Below the pieces are notes generated by a model. The model was given only the letters and a program-made list of their open reading frames with translations, ran no database searches and was not told the origin of the DNA. Source: Parcubacteria group bacterium (lineage in GTDB: Bacteria > Patescibacteriota > Minisyncoccia > Phycocordibacterales > UBA2135). Taken from it: a stretch of DNA of 56,719 bases. The stretch is from NCBI GenBank assembly GCA_016176785.1, contig JACOWN010000006.1, positions 1 to 56,719 of the forward strand, written 5' to 3'. Of this stretch, positions 1 to 9,093 are shown piece after piece. Within the stretch, counting starts at the first letter, position 1. Each line of letters begins with the position of its first letter. Made by a program: the position numbers and the translations under genes.

Positions 1-741
1 GGTAACAAGAATGGTGTGTTCAAACTGCGCGCTTCGCTTTCCGTCTTTTGTCTTGAGCGTGTAGCCGTCGGGAGAAGAATAGATCTCCGGCGACCCTTCG
101 CCAACGATCGGCTCAACGGCAAGCACCATACCGGCGACAAGTTCCTTCCCCGTCCCCCGTTTGCCGTAGTTGGGGATGAAAGGGCCGTCGTGCGGGCTTC
201 TGCCGAGACCGTGTCCTCCGAGCTCGGGGATAATCAAAAAACCCCCTTTGCGCACATGCGTTTCAACGGCATTGCCGACATCCCCCGTGCGGACGCCCGC
301 GCGCACAACCGCTATCCCCGCATACAAGGCGCCGCGCGTCGTTTCAATGAGGCGCTTCCCCGTTTCATCAAGCGAGCCGCACCCGACGGTTACCGCGGCG
401 TCCACAAAAACGCCGCCGCGCGCAAGGCCGAGGTCAAGCGTCACGATATCGCCGACCGCGAACTTCCGCTCGCTCGGGATGCCGTGCACCACTTCGTCAT
501 TCACAGAAACGCAGAGCGCCGCCGGATACGGACGCCGCGCGCCGCGCGGCGTATAGTTCAAAAAAGACGGCGTATCCCCTTCTTCCGCGATCAAACGGCG
601 CGCCTCCATGTCAAGCGCCGTTTCCGAAGCACCGGGAAAAACTGCCCCTGCAAGCCGTTCCAATACAAATGCGAGCCGGTGCCCGGCTTCACGAAGCGTC
701 TGTATTTCGTTTTCTGTCGTGAAAATCGCCATAGAAATCAT
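1..741 (-). CDS. map: Methionine aminopeptidase type I, partial (C-terminal end runs off the window at coordinate 1)
   Basis: The minus frame is open from the window edge to the ATG at 739-741, which overlaps the adk stop as ATGA. My translation MISMAIFTTENEIQTLREAG...VHGIPSERKFAVGDIVTLD...AVEPIVGEG...SAQFEHTILVT matches MetAP-I motifs. It is absent from the ORF track because it has no stop inside the window. It sits in the canonical position after secY-adk. Confidence 0.85.
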   Translation of the reverse strand, partial: MISMAIFTTENEIQTLREAGHRLAFVLERLAGAVFPGASETALDMEARRLIAEEGDTPSFLNYTPRGARRPYPAALCVSVNDEVVHGIPSERKFAVGDIVTLDLGLARGGVFVDAAVTVGCGSLDETGKRLIETTRGALYAGIAVVRAGVRTGDVGNAVETHVRKGGFLIIPELGGHGLGRSPHDGPFIPNYGKRGTGKELVAGMVLAVEPIVGEGSPEIYSSPDGYTLKTKDGKRSAQFEHTILVT

Positions 742-1325
742 GTGCTCGCAAGTTTCCGCGCGATCTCCGCCTGCACGGCGTCTCGCGTTTGCTCTCCGTT
801 GATGTCTAAAAACGCGTGGCGCGGGTGCGCGCGGTAATACTGAACGACCGGCTCCACGTCCGTCTCGTACCAATCAAGCCGCTTGTTGATCTCATTCGCC
901 GTATCGTCAACCCTCCCCCGTTCGGTCAAAAGCTTGAACGACCATGCGCGCGAAACATTGAGAAAAATGACAAAAACGCGTGCGCGGTAAAAATCAAACG
1001 CGCTCTCAAGCACATACGCTTCGTGTATTTTGCGAGGCATACCGTCCAGAATGAGGTCTTCCTCTCCCGTCAAATTCTGGATAAAAAAGTGGGACCAGAT
1101 GTGGGTGACGAGGAACTCCGGCTGCAGACCGCCGCGGTCGTAGATCTCTTTTGCGAGTTGCGCCGTATAACCGTCATGCGTGATAAAATCCCGAAACTCC
1201 TTGCCGGTACCGAGAGAAAGAAATTTTCGGTCGGGGAACGTTTTCTCGCGCTCCGCGGCGAGACGCTCCGCCTGCGTCCCCTTTCCGCTCCCTGAACGGC
1301 CGATGAAAAGAAAAACGTCTTTCAT
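738..1325 (-). CDS. adk: Adenylate kinase-like nucleoside monophosphate kinase
   Basis: 195-aa ORF with a P-loop (FIGRSGSGKGTQAERL), in the canonical secY-adk-map order. Confidence 0.85.
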   Translation of the reverse strand: MKDVFLFIGRSGSGKGTQAERLAAEREKTFPDRKFLSLGTGKEFRDFITHDGYTAQLAKEIYDRGGLQPEFLVTHIWSHFFIQNLTGEEDLILDGMPRKIHEAYVLESAFDFYRARVFVIFLNVSRAWSFKLLTERGRVDDTANEINKRLDWYETDVEPVVQYYRAHPRHAFLDINGEQTRDAVQAEIARKLAST

Positions 1326-1388
1326 ATACCAAGTATAACGCGCGGGAAAGCCGCTGTCCCGACGGCGGCCCTTCTTCCGCCGCGCTCT

Positions 1389-2660
1389 TTAATATTCGCG
1401 CATGGAAATTTGCGCATCAAGTTTTTTGATGAGGTCCAGCACCACCGATACCACAATGAGAATGCTCGTGCCGCCGATGGCAAAAGCGGCGACGCCCGTC
1501 ATCCCCTGCATGGCAAGCGGCAATACGGCGATAACTCCGAGAAAGACGGCCCCGACCAGCGTGAGACGCGTCAAAATGCTCGCGATGTATTCCGCCGTCG
1601 TGCGCCCGGGCCGAACCCCGGGAATGAACGCCCCGTTTTTCTGAAGGTTGGCGGCGATCGCTTCCGGATCAAAGGTTACCGCAGTGTAAAAATACGTGAA
1701 GAAAAAGACGAGGATGAAATACAGCGCCGAGTAGAAGAACGGGTTTTGAAATACGGCGAACAGCGCGTCGGTCGCTGCTTTCACGACCGCGTTGTCAACG
1801 CTCGCCAAAAAATTGATGACCATCTGCGGAAAAAGGAGGATGGAGAGCGCGAAGATGATCGGTATCACGCCGGCTTGATTGAGCCGAAGCGGCAGATACG
1901 TCGCGAAGCCGCCGTACAGGCGCTGGCCGCGCACGCGTTTTGCGTAGGTCACGGGGATAGGCCGCTCCGCTTCCGTGATCCACACAATACCGGCAACGAT
2001 CGCAACGGCGGCAAGTGTAAATCCGAGGTACACCGGGAGCTGGTCAATCGTAAACGTGAAGATCGCCTGTTGGACCGTCCCGGGAAGCGCCGCCACAATG
2101 CCGGCAAAGATGATGATGGAAACGCCGTTGCCTATGCCGAACTCCGAGATCAGCTCGCCGATCCACATAAGCAAGAGTGAACCGGCGGTCACCACAAAAA
2201 TATTCGCAATGAGGTCAAAGGGGGGCATCTGGCCGATGACGCCTTGCCGCGAAAGAAGCACCAACAGACCGATTCCTTGGATTACGGCGAGCGGCACGGT
2301 CGCGAGGCGGGAATACTGGATGAACTTTCGCCGTCCGGCATCGCCCTCCTCGTGGTAAAGCGCCTTGAGGCGCGGCCACATGACCGTGAGAAGCTGCATA
2401 ATGATAGAGGAGGTGATGTACGGGGCGACGCCGAGCATGACAATGGACAAGTTTGACAAACCGCCTCCGGAAAAGATGTTCAAGAGGCCGAAAAACTGGT
2501 TATTGGAAAGAAACTCGTCAAGCCGCGCCGCATCAATGCCCGGAACGGGGATCACCGCAAGAATACGGAAGAGCACAAGCGCGCCGATAACAAAAAGGAA
2601 GCGCCTGCGCAGCGTCTCGTCGCGTGCCATGAGTTTGATTTTCTGCCAAAAGACGTTCAT
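1389..2660 (-). CDS. secY: Preprotein translocase subunit SecY
   Basis: 423-aa polytopic membrane ORF (LNIFSGGGLSNLSIVMLGVAPYITSSIIMQLL...) located after rplO. Confidence 0.95.
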   Translation of the reverse strand: MNVFWQKIKLMARDETLRRRFLFVIGALVLFRILAVIPVPGIDAARLDEFLSNNQFFGLLNIFSGGGLSNLSIVMLGVAPYITSSIIMQLLTVMWPRLKALYHEEGDAGRRKFIQYSRLATVPLAVIQGIGLLVLLSRQGVIGQMPPFDLIANIFVVTAGSLLLMWIGELISEFGIGNGVSIIIFAGIVAALPGTVQQAIFTFTIDQLPVYLGFTLAAVAIVAGIVWITEAERPIPVTYAKRVRGQRLYGGFATYLPLRLNQAGVIPIIFALSILLFPQMVINFLASVDNAVVKAATDALFAVFQNPFFYSALYFILVFFFTYFYTAVTFDPEAIAANLQKNGAFIPGVRPGRTTAEYIASILTRLTLVGAVFLGVIAVLPLAMQGMTGVAAFAIGGTSILIVVSVVLDLIKKLDAQISMREY

Positions 2661-2680
2661 AGATGCCGATGCGCGCGCAT

Positions 2681-3127
2681 TTACGCGACGGTGCCGCCGG
2701 CTTTTTCAATCGCCTCGCGCGCGCCTTTGGAAATACGTACCCCGCTCACGGCGAAACGCTTGGTAATCGCGCCCTTTCCGAGAATTTTAACGCGCGCAGT
2801 TCTGCCGCGGACGGAGATGAGTCCTTTTTCACGAAGCGCCGCCGCAGTGATCGCGGCGCCGTCGGCAAACGAACGCGCAAGCGTCACGAGAGAAACCGGG
2901 ACCGCCTTTGTCCGCGAGTCGTTGACGGAACGGGCGCGGTGTTTTCCGTGTCCCCGTTTTTTGGGCAGTTTCTTGATGATGTCGCGCATTTCGGGACGGA
3001 TGCGGTGTCCGGCGCGCGCCGTCTGCCCCTTGCCTCCGCGGCCGGAATACGTTCCGCGCTTTCCGCCGCGTCCAACGCGCTTTGGCTTCAATCGCCGTGT
3101 CTTGGGTTGCAGGTCGTGTAATTGCAT
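2681..3127 (-). CDS. rplO: 50S ribosomal protein L15
   Basis: MQLHDLQPKTRRLKPKRVGRGGKRGTYSGRGGKGQ. It starts 5 nt after the rpsE stop. Confidence 0.95.
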   Translation of the reverse strand: MQLHDLQPKTRRLKPKRVGRGGKRGTYSGRGGKGQTARAGHRIRPEMRDIIKKLPKKRGHGKHRARSVNDSRTKAVPVSLVTLARSFADGAAITAAALREKGLISVRGRTARVKILGKGAITKRFAVSGVRISKGAREAIEKAGGTVA

Positions 3128-3132
3128 ACGTG

Positions 3133-3726
3133 TTACTTCGCAAGCGTACCGAGCGCTTTCAGGGCGGCGTACGAATTGTTTAATTTGTTCTTGCTCCGCG
3201 ACATTATTTTTGCGATGACGTCCGTCACGCCAGCGAGGTCAAGAACGGTGCGGACGGAACTGCCGGCAACGAGTCCTTTGCCGCGAACAGGAATGATGCG
3301 GACGACCGCGGAGCTGTATTTCGCTTCAACTTCGTGCGGGATGGAATTGGACTTCGTGCGATGCACGATGATGAGGTGTTTTTTCGCCTCGCGCGTCGCT
3401 TTCTCGATCGCGATCGCCGTGTCGGCGCCCTTTCCGATGCCGACGCCGACCGAACCTTTCTTGTTTCCGATGATGACGACCACGCTAAAGCTGAATCGCC
3501 GTCCTCCGGCGACGACGCGCGCAACGCGGCGAACGTTAATGACTTTTTGAGCGAATTCCGGCCGGGCGCGTTCACGCGAGCGTCCTTCGCCGCGCATTCC
3601 GCCGCGCCGCATTCCGCCGCGCCCCGCCCCGCCGCGCGGGTGCCGGGGGCGGTTGCCGTCCCCCGCGCGCGGAACTCCGGACGACCGACGCGAAGCATTG
3701 CGTTGTGTGGATGATTGGGGAGCCAT
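3133..3726 (-). CDS. rpsE: 30S ribosomal protein S5 with an R/G-rich N-terminal extension
   Basis: Core sequence VINVRRVARVVAGGRRFSFSVVVIIGNKKGSVGVGIGKGADTAIAIEKA, preceded by about 55 aa rich in R and G. Confidence 0.95.
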   Translation of the reverse strand: MAPQSSTQRNASRRSSGVPRAGDGNRPRHPRGGAGRGGMRRGGMRGEGRSRERARPEFAQKVINVRRVARVVAGGRRFSFSVVVIIGNKKGSVGVGIGKGADTAIAIEKATREAKKHLIIVHRTKSNSIPHEVEAKYSSAVVRIIPVRGKGLVAGSSVRTVLDLAGVTDVIAKIMSRSKNKLNNSYAALKALGTLAK

Positions 3727-3740
3727 AAGAAAAAATTTGA

Positions 3741-4091
3741 TTAAAACTCAAGACCGCCGTTCCGCGCCGCGTCTGCGAACGCCTTAACGATCCCCGCGTA
3801 ACGGAAGCCGCCGCGGTCAAAAACGACGCGGGAGATCCCTTGCGAACGCGCGCGTTCGGCAAGCGCCGCACCGGCGCGCTCCGCACGGCTTCGAAGCGCC
3901 TCCGTTTTTGATTTTTCTTTCTGCGCGTCGCGAACGGAAAGAAGGGTCCGCGACGAGTCGTCGTCGATCAACTGGGCAAAAAAATGTTTGTTTGAACGGA
4001 AAACGGCAAGGCGCGGCCGCGCAGCCGTTCCCCTGACGCGAAAGCGCAACCGCGCATGTCTCCGTTTTCTTTCCTCTGTTTTTGATGCCAT
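3741..4091 (-). CDS. rplR: 50S ribosomal protein L18
   Basis: [18 protein letters not shown]...[28 protein letters not shown]. Confidence 0.95.
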   Translation of the reverse strand: MASKTEERKRRHARLRFRVRGTAARPRLAVFRSNKHFFAQLIDDDSSRTLLSVRDAQKEKSKTEALRSRAERAGAALAERARSQGISRVVFDRGGFRYAGIVKAFADAARNGGLEF

Positions 4092-4109
4092 ACTTTTTTG
4101 TTTCCTTTA

Positions 4110-4643
4110 CTACGCGGCTTTTTTGCCTTCTTTCCGGCGGATAACCTCGCCTTCATATCGGATGCCCTTGCCTTTATACGGCTCCGGCTTCCTTACGGCG
4201 CGCACGTGGGCGGCGAATTGCCCGACCAATTCCTTGTCGCTGCCGCTTATGCCGATGGAAGTTTTTTCAACGGTCACCGCGATCCCTTCGGGAATGGGGA
4301 CAACGACCGGATGCGAAAAGCCGACATTCAATTTGAGCGTCTTCCCCGCCACTTCCGCCCGATAGCCGATCCCTTCGATCACCAACCGTTTTTCAAAAGG
4401 CGCCGTGACGCCGCGCAGCATATTTTTGATATGCGCCGCGTAGGTACCCCAAAGCGCCTGAGCGAGGCGTGAAGTGCGCGCCGGAGACAACATCACCGTA
4501 CCGTTCTCAACCGTGATCGCGATCTCGGGGCGAAATTGCCGAGTGAGCGTTCCGCGCGGCCCCGTCACGGTTACCTCGCCGTCACGCAAGGTGACGTTCG
4601 TTTGGTCGGGTATTGCGATGGGGCGTTTGCCTATTCTGCTCAT
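4110..4643 (-). CDS. rplF: 50S ribosomal protein L6
   Basis: MSRIGKRPIAIPDQTNVTL... I preferred the ATG at 4643 over the upstream GTG at 4652 reported in the ORF track. Confidence 0.93.
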   Translation of the reverse strand: MSRIGKRPIAIPDQTNVTLRDGEVTVTGPRGTLTRQFRPEIAITVENGTVMLSPARTSRLAQALWGTYAAHIKNMLRGVTAPFEKRLVIEGIGYRAEVAGKTLKLNVGFSHPVVVPIPEGIAVTVEKTSIGISGSDKELVGQFAAHVRAVRKPEPYKGKGIRYEGEVIRRKEGKKAA

Positions 4644-4648
4644 GAGAA

Positions 4649-5035
4649 TCACCAGATTTCAAACAATGCTTCGCCGCCGACCCTTTCTTTTCGCGCTTGC
4701 TCTCCGGTTAAAATGCCTTTGGGCGTTGAAAGGATTAAACGGCCGTGTCCTTGCCGCACCGGCTTCAGGTCACGAACGCCGGTGTAGACCCGCCGCGACA
4801 GCTTTGAAATGCGACGCACATTGAGGAGGCGCGGCGTGCCGTTGTCATACGCAATGCCGAGTTCAAGCACCTTTTTTTCTTTTTTCCCTTTGCGGTTCAC
4901 CGAAACAAGGTAACCCTCGTGCATAAGCACGTGCGCGACCGAAGACCGCAGTTTTGAATACGGCACAATGACCGCCGGTCTGCCGATCTTACTCGCATTC
5001 TTTATCTGTATGATCATGTCTGCAATCGGGTCCAT
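4649..5035 (-). CDS. rpsH: 30S ribosomal protein S8
   Basis: MDPIADMIIQIKNASKIGRPAVIVPYSKLR...ALFEIW. Confidence 0.95.
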   Translation of the reverse strand: MDPIADMIIQIKNASKIGRPAVIVPYSKLRSSVAHVLMHEGYLVSVNRKGKKEKKVLELGIAYDNGTPRLLNVRRISKLSRRVYTGVRDLKPVRQGHGRLILSTPKGILTGEQARKERVGGEALFEIW

Positions 5036-5091
5036 GTTTCAAATTTAAAAAATAAATCGCGCGATCAAAATTTTTGCAATTTAATCTTTTT

Positions 5092-5277
5092 TTACCAGCT
5101 TGATTTTTTTATTCCCGGGATCATTCCTTCGTTCGCGAGTTCGCGGAAACAGATGCGGCACACGTCAAAGTCGCTTAAATATCCTCGCCGCCGACCGCAC
5201 CGAAAACAACGCCGCACCACGCGGGATTTGTACTTCGGTTTCTTTTGTGACCGTGCAATGACCGACTTTTTCGCCAT
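5092..5277 (-). CDS. rpsN: 30S ribosomal protein S14, zinc-binding type Z
   Basis: An internal ATG gives the 61-aa protein MAKKSVIARSQKKPKYKSRVVRRCFRCGRRRGYLSDFDVCRICFRELANEGMIPGIKKSSW, with CxxC...CxxC. The longer tracked ORF is an upstream extension. Confidence 0.9.
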   Translation of the reverse strand: MAKKSVIARSQKKPKYKSRVVRRCFRCGRRRGYLSDFDVCRICFRELANEGMIPGIKKSSW

Positions 5278-5382
5278 AGAAATTAAAAACAAAGCTTCCC
5301 CAAGCTTCCCGATAATCCTAGCAGGATGGCGCTTCACTGTCAAACAAACGGCCGTCTTCGCGACGGCACGCCGATTTCTCTC

Positions 5383-5943
5383 TTACGCTTTCTTTTCCGT
5401 CTTTTTAAACGGCATGCCGATGCGCTCTAAAAAAGCGCGCGCTTCGTCTTTTGCCCGCGCCGTCGTGACGATCGTCACGGCAAGCCCAAAAACATTTTTG
5501 AGTTCTTCATCCGCCGTTTCGGGGAAAACGGTGTGTTCACGGATGCCGACGGTGGCATTTCCCATGTCATCAATGACCGTGGGCGCAATGCCCCGAAAGT
5601 CGCGCGTCCGCGGCAGCGCTATGTCAAACAGACGGTCCAAAAAACCATACATGCGGCTCCCGCGAAGCGTGACCGCGAACCCGATCGGTTCTCCCGCGCG
5701 CACTTTGAATGAGGCGATTGATTTCTTCGCTCCGCGCGGCGCGGCCTTTTGGCCGGTGATTTTTGCAAGACGTTCGGCGATAAAATCGTTGCGCGTCGCA
5801 TCGGCGCGCGACGCTTTTCCCGTACCAACGCTCACGATTACCTTAACCAGCCGCGGAGCCGCCAGGCGGTTGGTGTATCCGAACCGTTCTTTAAGCGCGT
5901 CATAGGCGGCATATTCCTTGTCTTTTGTAGTGAGATGTTTCAT
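5383..5943 (-). CDS. rplE: 50S ribosomal protein L5
   Basis: Start set at MKHLTTKDKEYAAYDALKERFGYTNRLAAPRLVKV. The upstream part of the tracked ORF overlaps rplX and was discarded. Confidence 0.93.
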   Translation of the reverse strand: MKHLTTKDKEYAAYDALKERFGYTNRLAAPRLVKVIVSVGTGKASRADATRNDFIAERLAKITGQKAAPRGAKKSIASFKVRAGEPIGFAVTLRGSRMYGFLDRLFDIALPRTRDFRGIAPTVIDDMGNATVGIREHTVFPETADEELKNVFGLAVTIVTTARAKDEARAFLERIGMPFKKTEKKA

Positions 5944-5953
5944 ACAAGAAAGT

Positions 5954-6259
5954 TTACAGCGCGGCGCCGCTCCGTTTTGCAAAACGGACCTTTTTGCCGC
6001 TTTCCGCGCGGAATCCGACGCGCGTCGCCGCGCCGGTCTTTGGGTCAAGGAGCGCAACATTGGAAACGTGGAGAGGCGCGGCAATATCAAGTATCTGACC
6101 CTTTTGGCCCGATCGGCGAGGGCGTTGATGTTTTTTCTTCATATTCACCCCTTCAACGACGACCATCTCCTCACGCCGCAAAACGCGGAGCACCGCGCCC
6201 TTTTTTCCTTTGTCTTTGCCCGACCTGATGATGACGGAATCGCCTTTTTTGATATACAT
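5954..6259 (-). CDS. rplX: 50S ribosomal protein L24
   Basis: MYIKKGDSVIIRSGKDKGKKGAVLRV (KOW motif). Confidence 0.95.
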   Translation of the reverse strand: MYIKKGDSVIIRSGKDKGKKGAVLRVLRREEMVVVEGVNMKKKHQRPRRSGQKGQILDIAAPLHVSNVALLDPKTGAATRVGFRAESGKKVRFAKRSGAAL

Positions 6260-6274
6260 ACGATTAAAAACGCG

Positions 6275-6646
6275 CTACACGACCTCCGGAGCCAATGAAA
6301 TGATTTTCTGGAATCCCCGCTCGCCGATCTCGCGCGGAATGGGTCCGAAAATACGTCCCGCCCGCGGTTCCTTTTTGCCTTTTTCAACAAGAACGATCGC
6401 GTTATCGTCAAAACGGATATACGACCCGTCCTTGCGCCGGAACGGCTGGCGCTGGCGCACGATCACGGCGTGCACCACTTCTTTTTTCTTGACTTGTTTG
6501 CGCGGCTCGGCGACTTTGACCGACGCGACCACAACGTCGCCGATGCGCGCGTATCGGCGGCGCGTTCCCCCCAAAATCTTAAAGACCTCGCACACTTTCG
6601 CGCCCGAGTTATCCGCAACTTTTATTTTTGTTTCCGGCTGGATCAT
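6275..6646 (-). CDS. rplN: 50S ribosomal protein L14
   Basis: [27 protein letters not shown]. Confidence 0.96.
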   Translation of the reverse strand: MIQPETKIKVADNSGAKVCEVFKILGGTRRRYARIGDVVVASVKVAEPRKQVKKKEVVHAVIVRQRQPFRRKDGSYIRFDDNAIVLVEKGKKEPRAGRIFGPIPREIGERGFQKIISLAPEVV

Positions 6647-6647
6647 A

Positions 6648-6893
6648 TCATTGCGCGGAGGCGATCTTAAAATGCTTGTCTTTTGATATCGGGCGGCACT
6701 CTTCTATCAACACCTTGTCGCCGACCTTGAGGGTATTTTCCGGGTCATGCGTTTTGTACTTCTTGCTCACACGCATATATTTTTTATACCTCGGGTGCTT
6801 CACATAGCGCTCGACTAACACGACCGCCGTCTTGTGTACCGCGCTCCGTACGACGACTCCCTTAAATTGTTTGCGATGGATTGTCTTTTCCAT
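6648..6893 (-). CDS. rpsQ: 30S ribosomal protein S17
   Basis: [30 protein letters not shown]. Confidence 0.95.
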   Translation of the reverse strand: MEKTIHRKQFKGVVVRSAVHKTAVVLVERYVKHPRYKKYMRVSKKYKTHDPENTLKVGDKVLIEECRPISKDKHFKIASAQ

Positions 6894-6899
6894 GGTAGA

Positions 6900-7106
6900 T
6901 CACGGGCGCGCGGCGCTCCGGCGCATTCGCGCTTCAGTCAAAAGCCGAGCGATCTCTTTTCGCAGATTTCTCCCCTCCTTCACGTTTTTTGTCTTGCTGC
7001 CGGCCGCTCCAAAGCGAAACAACCGCAGGGCCTTTCTTTTTTCGCCAAGCGTTTTTTCCAATTCCTCGTCTGTTTTATTTTTGATTTCTTTCGTCTTCAT
7101 ACGCAT
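6900..7106 (-). CDS. rpmC: 50S ribosomal protein L29
   Basis: An internal start gives MRMKTKEIKNKTDEELEKTLGEKRKALRLFRF. The upstream extension overlaps rplP. Confidence 0.9.
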   Translation of the reverse strand: MRMKTKEIKNKTDEELEKTLGEKRKALRLFRFGAAGSKTKNVKEGRNLRKEIARLLTEARMRRSAARP

Positions 7107-7113
7107 CTCCGGA

Positions 7114-7530
7114 TTACCGCGCGACAATCCTTGTTTTAACCGGCATTTTAGCTCCCGCCTTGCGCAATGCGTCGCGCGCCGGCAGATCGGGAACGCCGTC
7201 AACCTCAAATATCACGCGACCCGGCAGCACTTCCACTTCATATCCCTTTACGTCGCCCTTCCCTTTCCCCATGCCGACCTCGGCGGCTTTTTCCGTATAC
7301 GGTCGATCAGGGAAAATCCGGATCCACATCTTGCCCGTTTTCCCCATGACGCGCGCAATGGTCTTGCGTGCCGCTTCAAGCTGGTTTGAGCGTATGCGCC
7401 CAACGGATGTCGCTTTCAAACCGTGAGAACCGAAAGCAAGCGTGGCGCCGCGGGTTTCCGCACGCGCCTTGCTCGGATTCCGGCGCATGCGCTGCCATTT
7501 TCTGTGTTTTACTTTTTTGGGGAAAAGCAT
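7114..7530 (-). CDS. rplP: 50S ribosomal protein L16
   Basis: MLFPKKVKHRKWQRMRRNPSKARAETRG. Confidence 0.96.
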   Translation of the reverse strand: MLFPKKVKHRKWQRMRRNPSKARAETRGATLAFGSHGLKATSVGRIRSNQLEAARKTIARVMGKTGKMWIRIFPDRPYTEKAAEVGMGKGKGDVKGYEVEVLPGRVIFEVDGVPDLPARDALRKAGAKMPVKTRIVAR

Positions 7531-7552
7531 ACTCGTTTATGTGCGGCATCGT

Positions 7553-8227
7553 TTACGCGCCTCTTTTTGCGTCTTTATCGGAAAAAATTTCCCCCCGGTA
7601 GATCCAAACCTTAACGCCGATAACGCCGTAGGGAAGATACGCTTTTTCGCGCGCAAAATCAACGTCGGCCCGGAATGTCTGCAGGGGAATGCTTCCGCGC
7701 TTCAGCGACTCGCGCCGGCCCATCTCCGCGCCGCCCAAGCGGCCCGACAGAGCAAAACGGACGCCGCGCACTTCTTTGTTCGCCATAACCTTGTCCATGG
7801 TCTGCTTCAAAATGCGGCGGAACGGCATGCGCTTTTCCAAACCTTCGGCGATCATCTGCGCGACAACGGATGCGTTCGATTCGGGGGCGCGCACTTCTTC
7901 AACACTGACCTTGATGTCACCGACCGGCAGTTTTCGTTTGAGCAAAAACTTTTCAATATCACCCTTGAGACGCGCCGAGCCCTCGCCCTGCCGTCCGATG
8001 AGCATGCCCGGACGCGCTGTTTTTATGATCAGCTTGAGCGCGCCTCCGCTTCGTTCAATTTCAAGCGCGGCAACATACATGCCGCGGAGCCGCTTTGTGA
8101 GGTATTCGCGGAGCAGGACATCCCCCTTGAGACGCGATTTAAAATCTGCGCCGCCGCTGAACCAGCGCGATTTCCAGTCGCGGATGATCCCGAGCCGATG
8201 GGCATATGGGTGAACGATGTGCGTCAT
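7553..8227 (-). CDS. rpsC: 30S ribosomal protein S3
   Basis: HPYAHRLGIIRDWKSRWF... (KH domain) ...GGAEMGRRESLKRGSIPLQTFRADVDF. Confidence 0.96.
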   Translation of the reverse strand: MTHIVHPYAHRLGIIRDWKSRWFSGGADFKSRLKGDVLLREYLTKRLRGMYVAALEIERSGGALKLIIKTARPGMLIGRQGEGSARLKGDIEKFLLKRKLPVGDIKVSVEEVRAPESNASVVAQMIAEGLEKRMPFRRILKQTMDKVMANKEVRGVRFALSGRLGGAEMGRRESLKRGSIPLQTFRADVDFAREKAYLPYGVIGVKVWIYRGEIFSDKDAKRGA

Positions 8228-8260
8228 AAAAATTGAGAGCGAAGAAGCGCAAATTACGAA

Positions 8261-8647
8261 TTAAGAACGGGGTGATTTCTTTTTTTGACCCTTGATCGCC
8301 GGTCCTCGGCTCTCCTGTTTCCGTTGAGCAAGCTCAATGAAAATATGGCTCGTCCGTTTTCGAATGGGCGCCGACCGTCCGAATGCGCGCGGCATCCCTC
8401 GCTTCAGGGTGGCGCCTCCGTCAACGCGGATCTCCTTCACGTAGAGCGCGCTTTCACTCGCGACACGGTTGTTCGTCTTAGCGTTCGCCACCGCGGACAA
8501 GAGCAGTTTTTTGACCGGCGCCACCGCCCGTTTGGTCGTCGAGTCAAGCAGCGTAAGTGCGCGCGGAACATTTTTGCCGCGGATCAGATCGGCGACGAGG
8601 CGCACTTTGCGCGGCGACTGCCGGTAATTTCGGAGTAGTGCTTTCAT
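8261..8647 (-). CDS. rplV: 50S ribosomal protein L22
   Basis: MKALLRNYRQSPRKVRLVADLIRGKNV..., with a basic C-terminal tail. Confidence 0.95.
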   Translation of the reverse strand: MKALLRNYRQSPRKVRLVADLIRGKNVPRALTLLDSTTKRAVAPVKKLLLSAVANAKTNNRVASESALYVKEIRVDGGATLKRGMPRAFGRSAPIRKRTSHIFIELAQRKQESRGPAIKGQKKKSPRS

Positions 8648-8663
8648 GCGTTTTGGCTGCGTA

Positions 8664-9017
8664 TTACGGCTTCTTCGTTTCCACGGCGGCCGCAGGCGCT
8701 TTTGCGGCTTTTGCGGCCGCTATTTCCGTTTCGCGCTGTTTCTGTTCAATTTCTTTCTGCATCCTGCCGCCGTGCCGCGTAAATTTCTTTGTCGGAGAAA
8801 ATTCGCCGAGCCGATGCCCCACCATTTCTTCCGTCACGGTAACGGGAATATGCTCTTTGCCGTTATGCACGCCGAACGTAAAGCCGACCATTTCGGGAGC
8901 GATCTGGCTGTCGCGAGACCACGTGCGAAGCACGCCCGCGGCATCGGGCTTTTTCCCTGCGATCTTCCGCAAAAGTTTCGGGTCAACAAACGGACCTTTT
9001 TTAAGCGAACGCGTCAT
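8664..9017 (-). CDS. rpsS: 30S ribosomal protein S19 with an A/K-rich C-terminal extension
   Basis: [19 protein letters not shown]...[18 protein letters not shown], followed by about 25 extra residues. Confidence 0.95.
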   Translation of the reverse strand: MTRSLKKGPFVDPKLLRKIAGKKPDAAGVLRTWSRDSQIAPEMVGFTFGVHNGKEHIPVTVTEEMVGHRLGEFSPTKKFTRHGGRMQKEIEQKQRETEIAAAKAAKAPAAAVETKKP

Positions 9018-9093
9018 AAAGATAAAACAAACGAGCCCTCCGGGGCTTCGAGGATATAGTATAGAATTATATCTCCGAAGTCAACGGAGGCCT

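Noticed and set aside
16-837. Long plus-strand ORF (273 aa) at the left edge. Similar long antisense ORFs occur at 8557-9738(+), 12247-13404(+), 46213-46971(-), 36188-37048(-) and 23380-24255(+).
   Set aside because: They lie opposite clearly identifiable conserved genes (map, rplB, tuf and others). Their translations are Arg/Ala/Pro-rich with no motifs, which is typical of shadow ORFs in GC-rich DNA.
9060-9093. TTGACT box with a TATACT-like -10 between rplB and rpsS (possible internal promoter).
   Set aside because: The spacing is only 15 nt, and it sits in a 76-nt gap inside a tightly packed operon. The evidence is insufficient.
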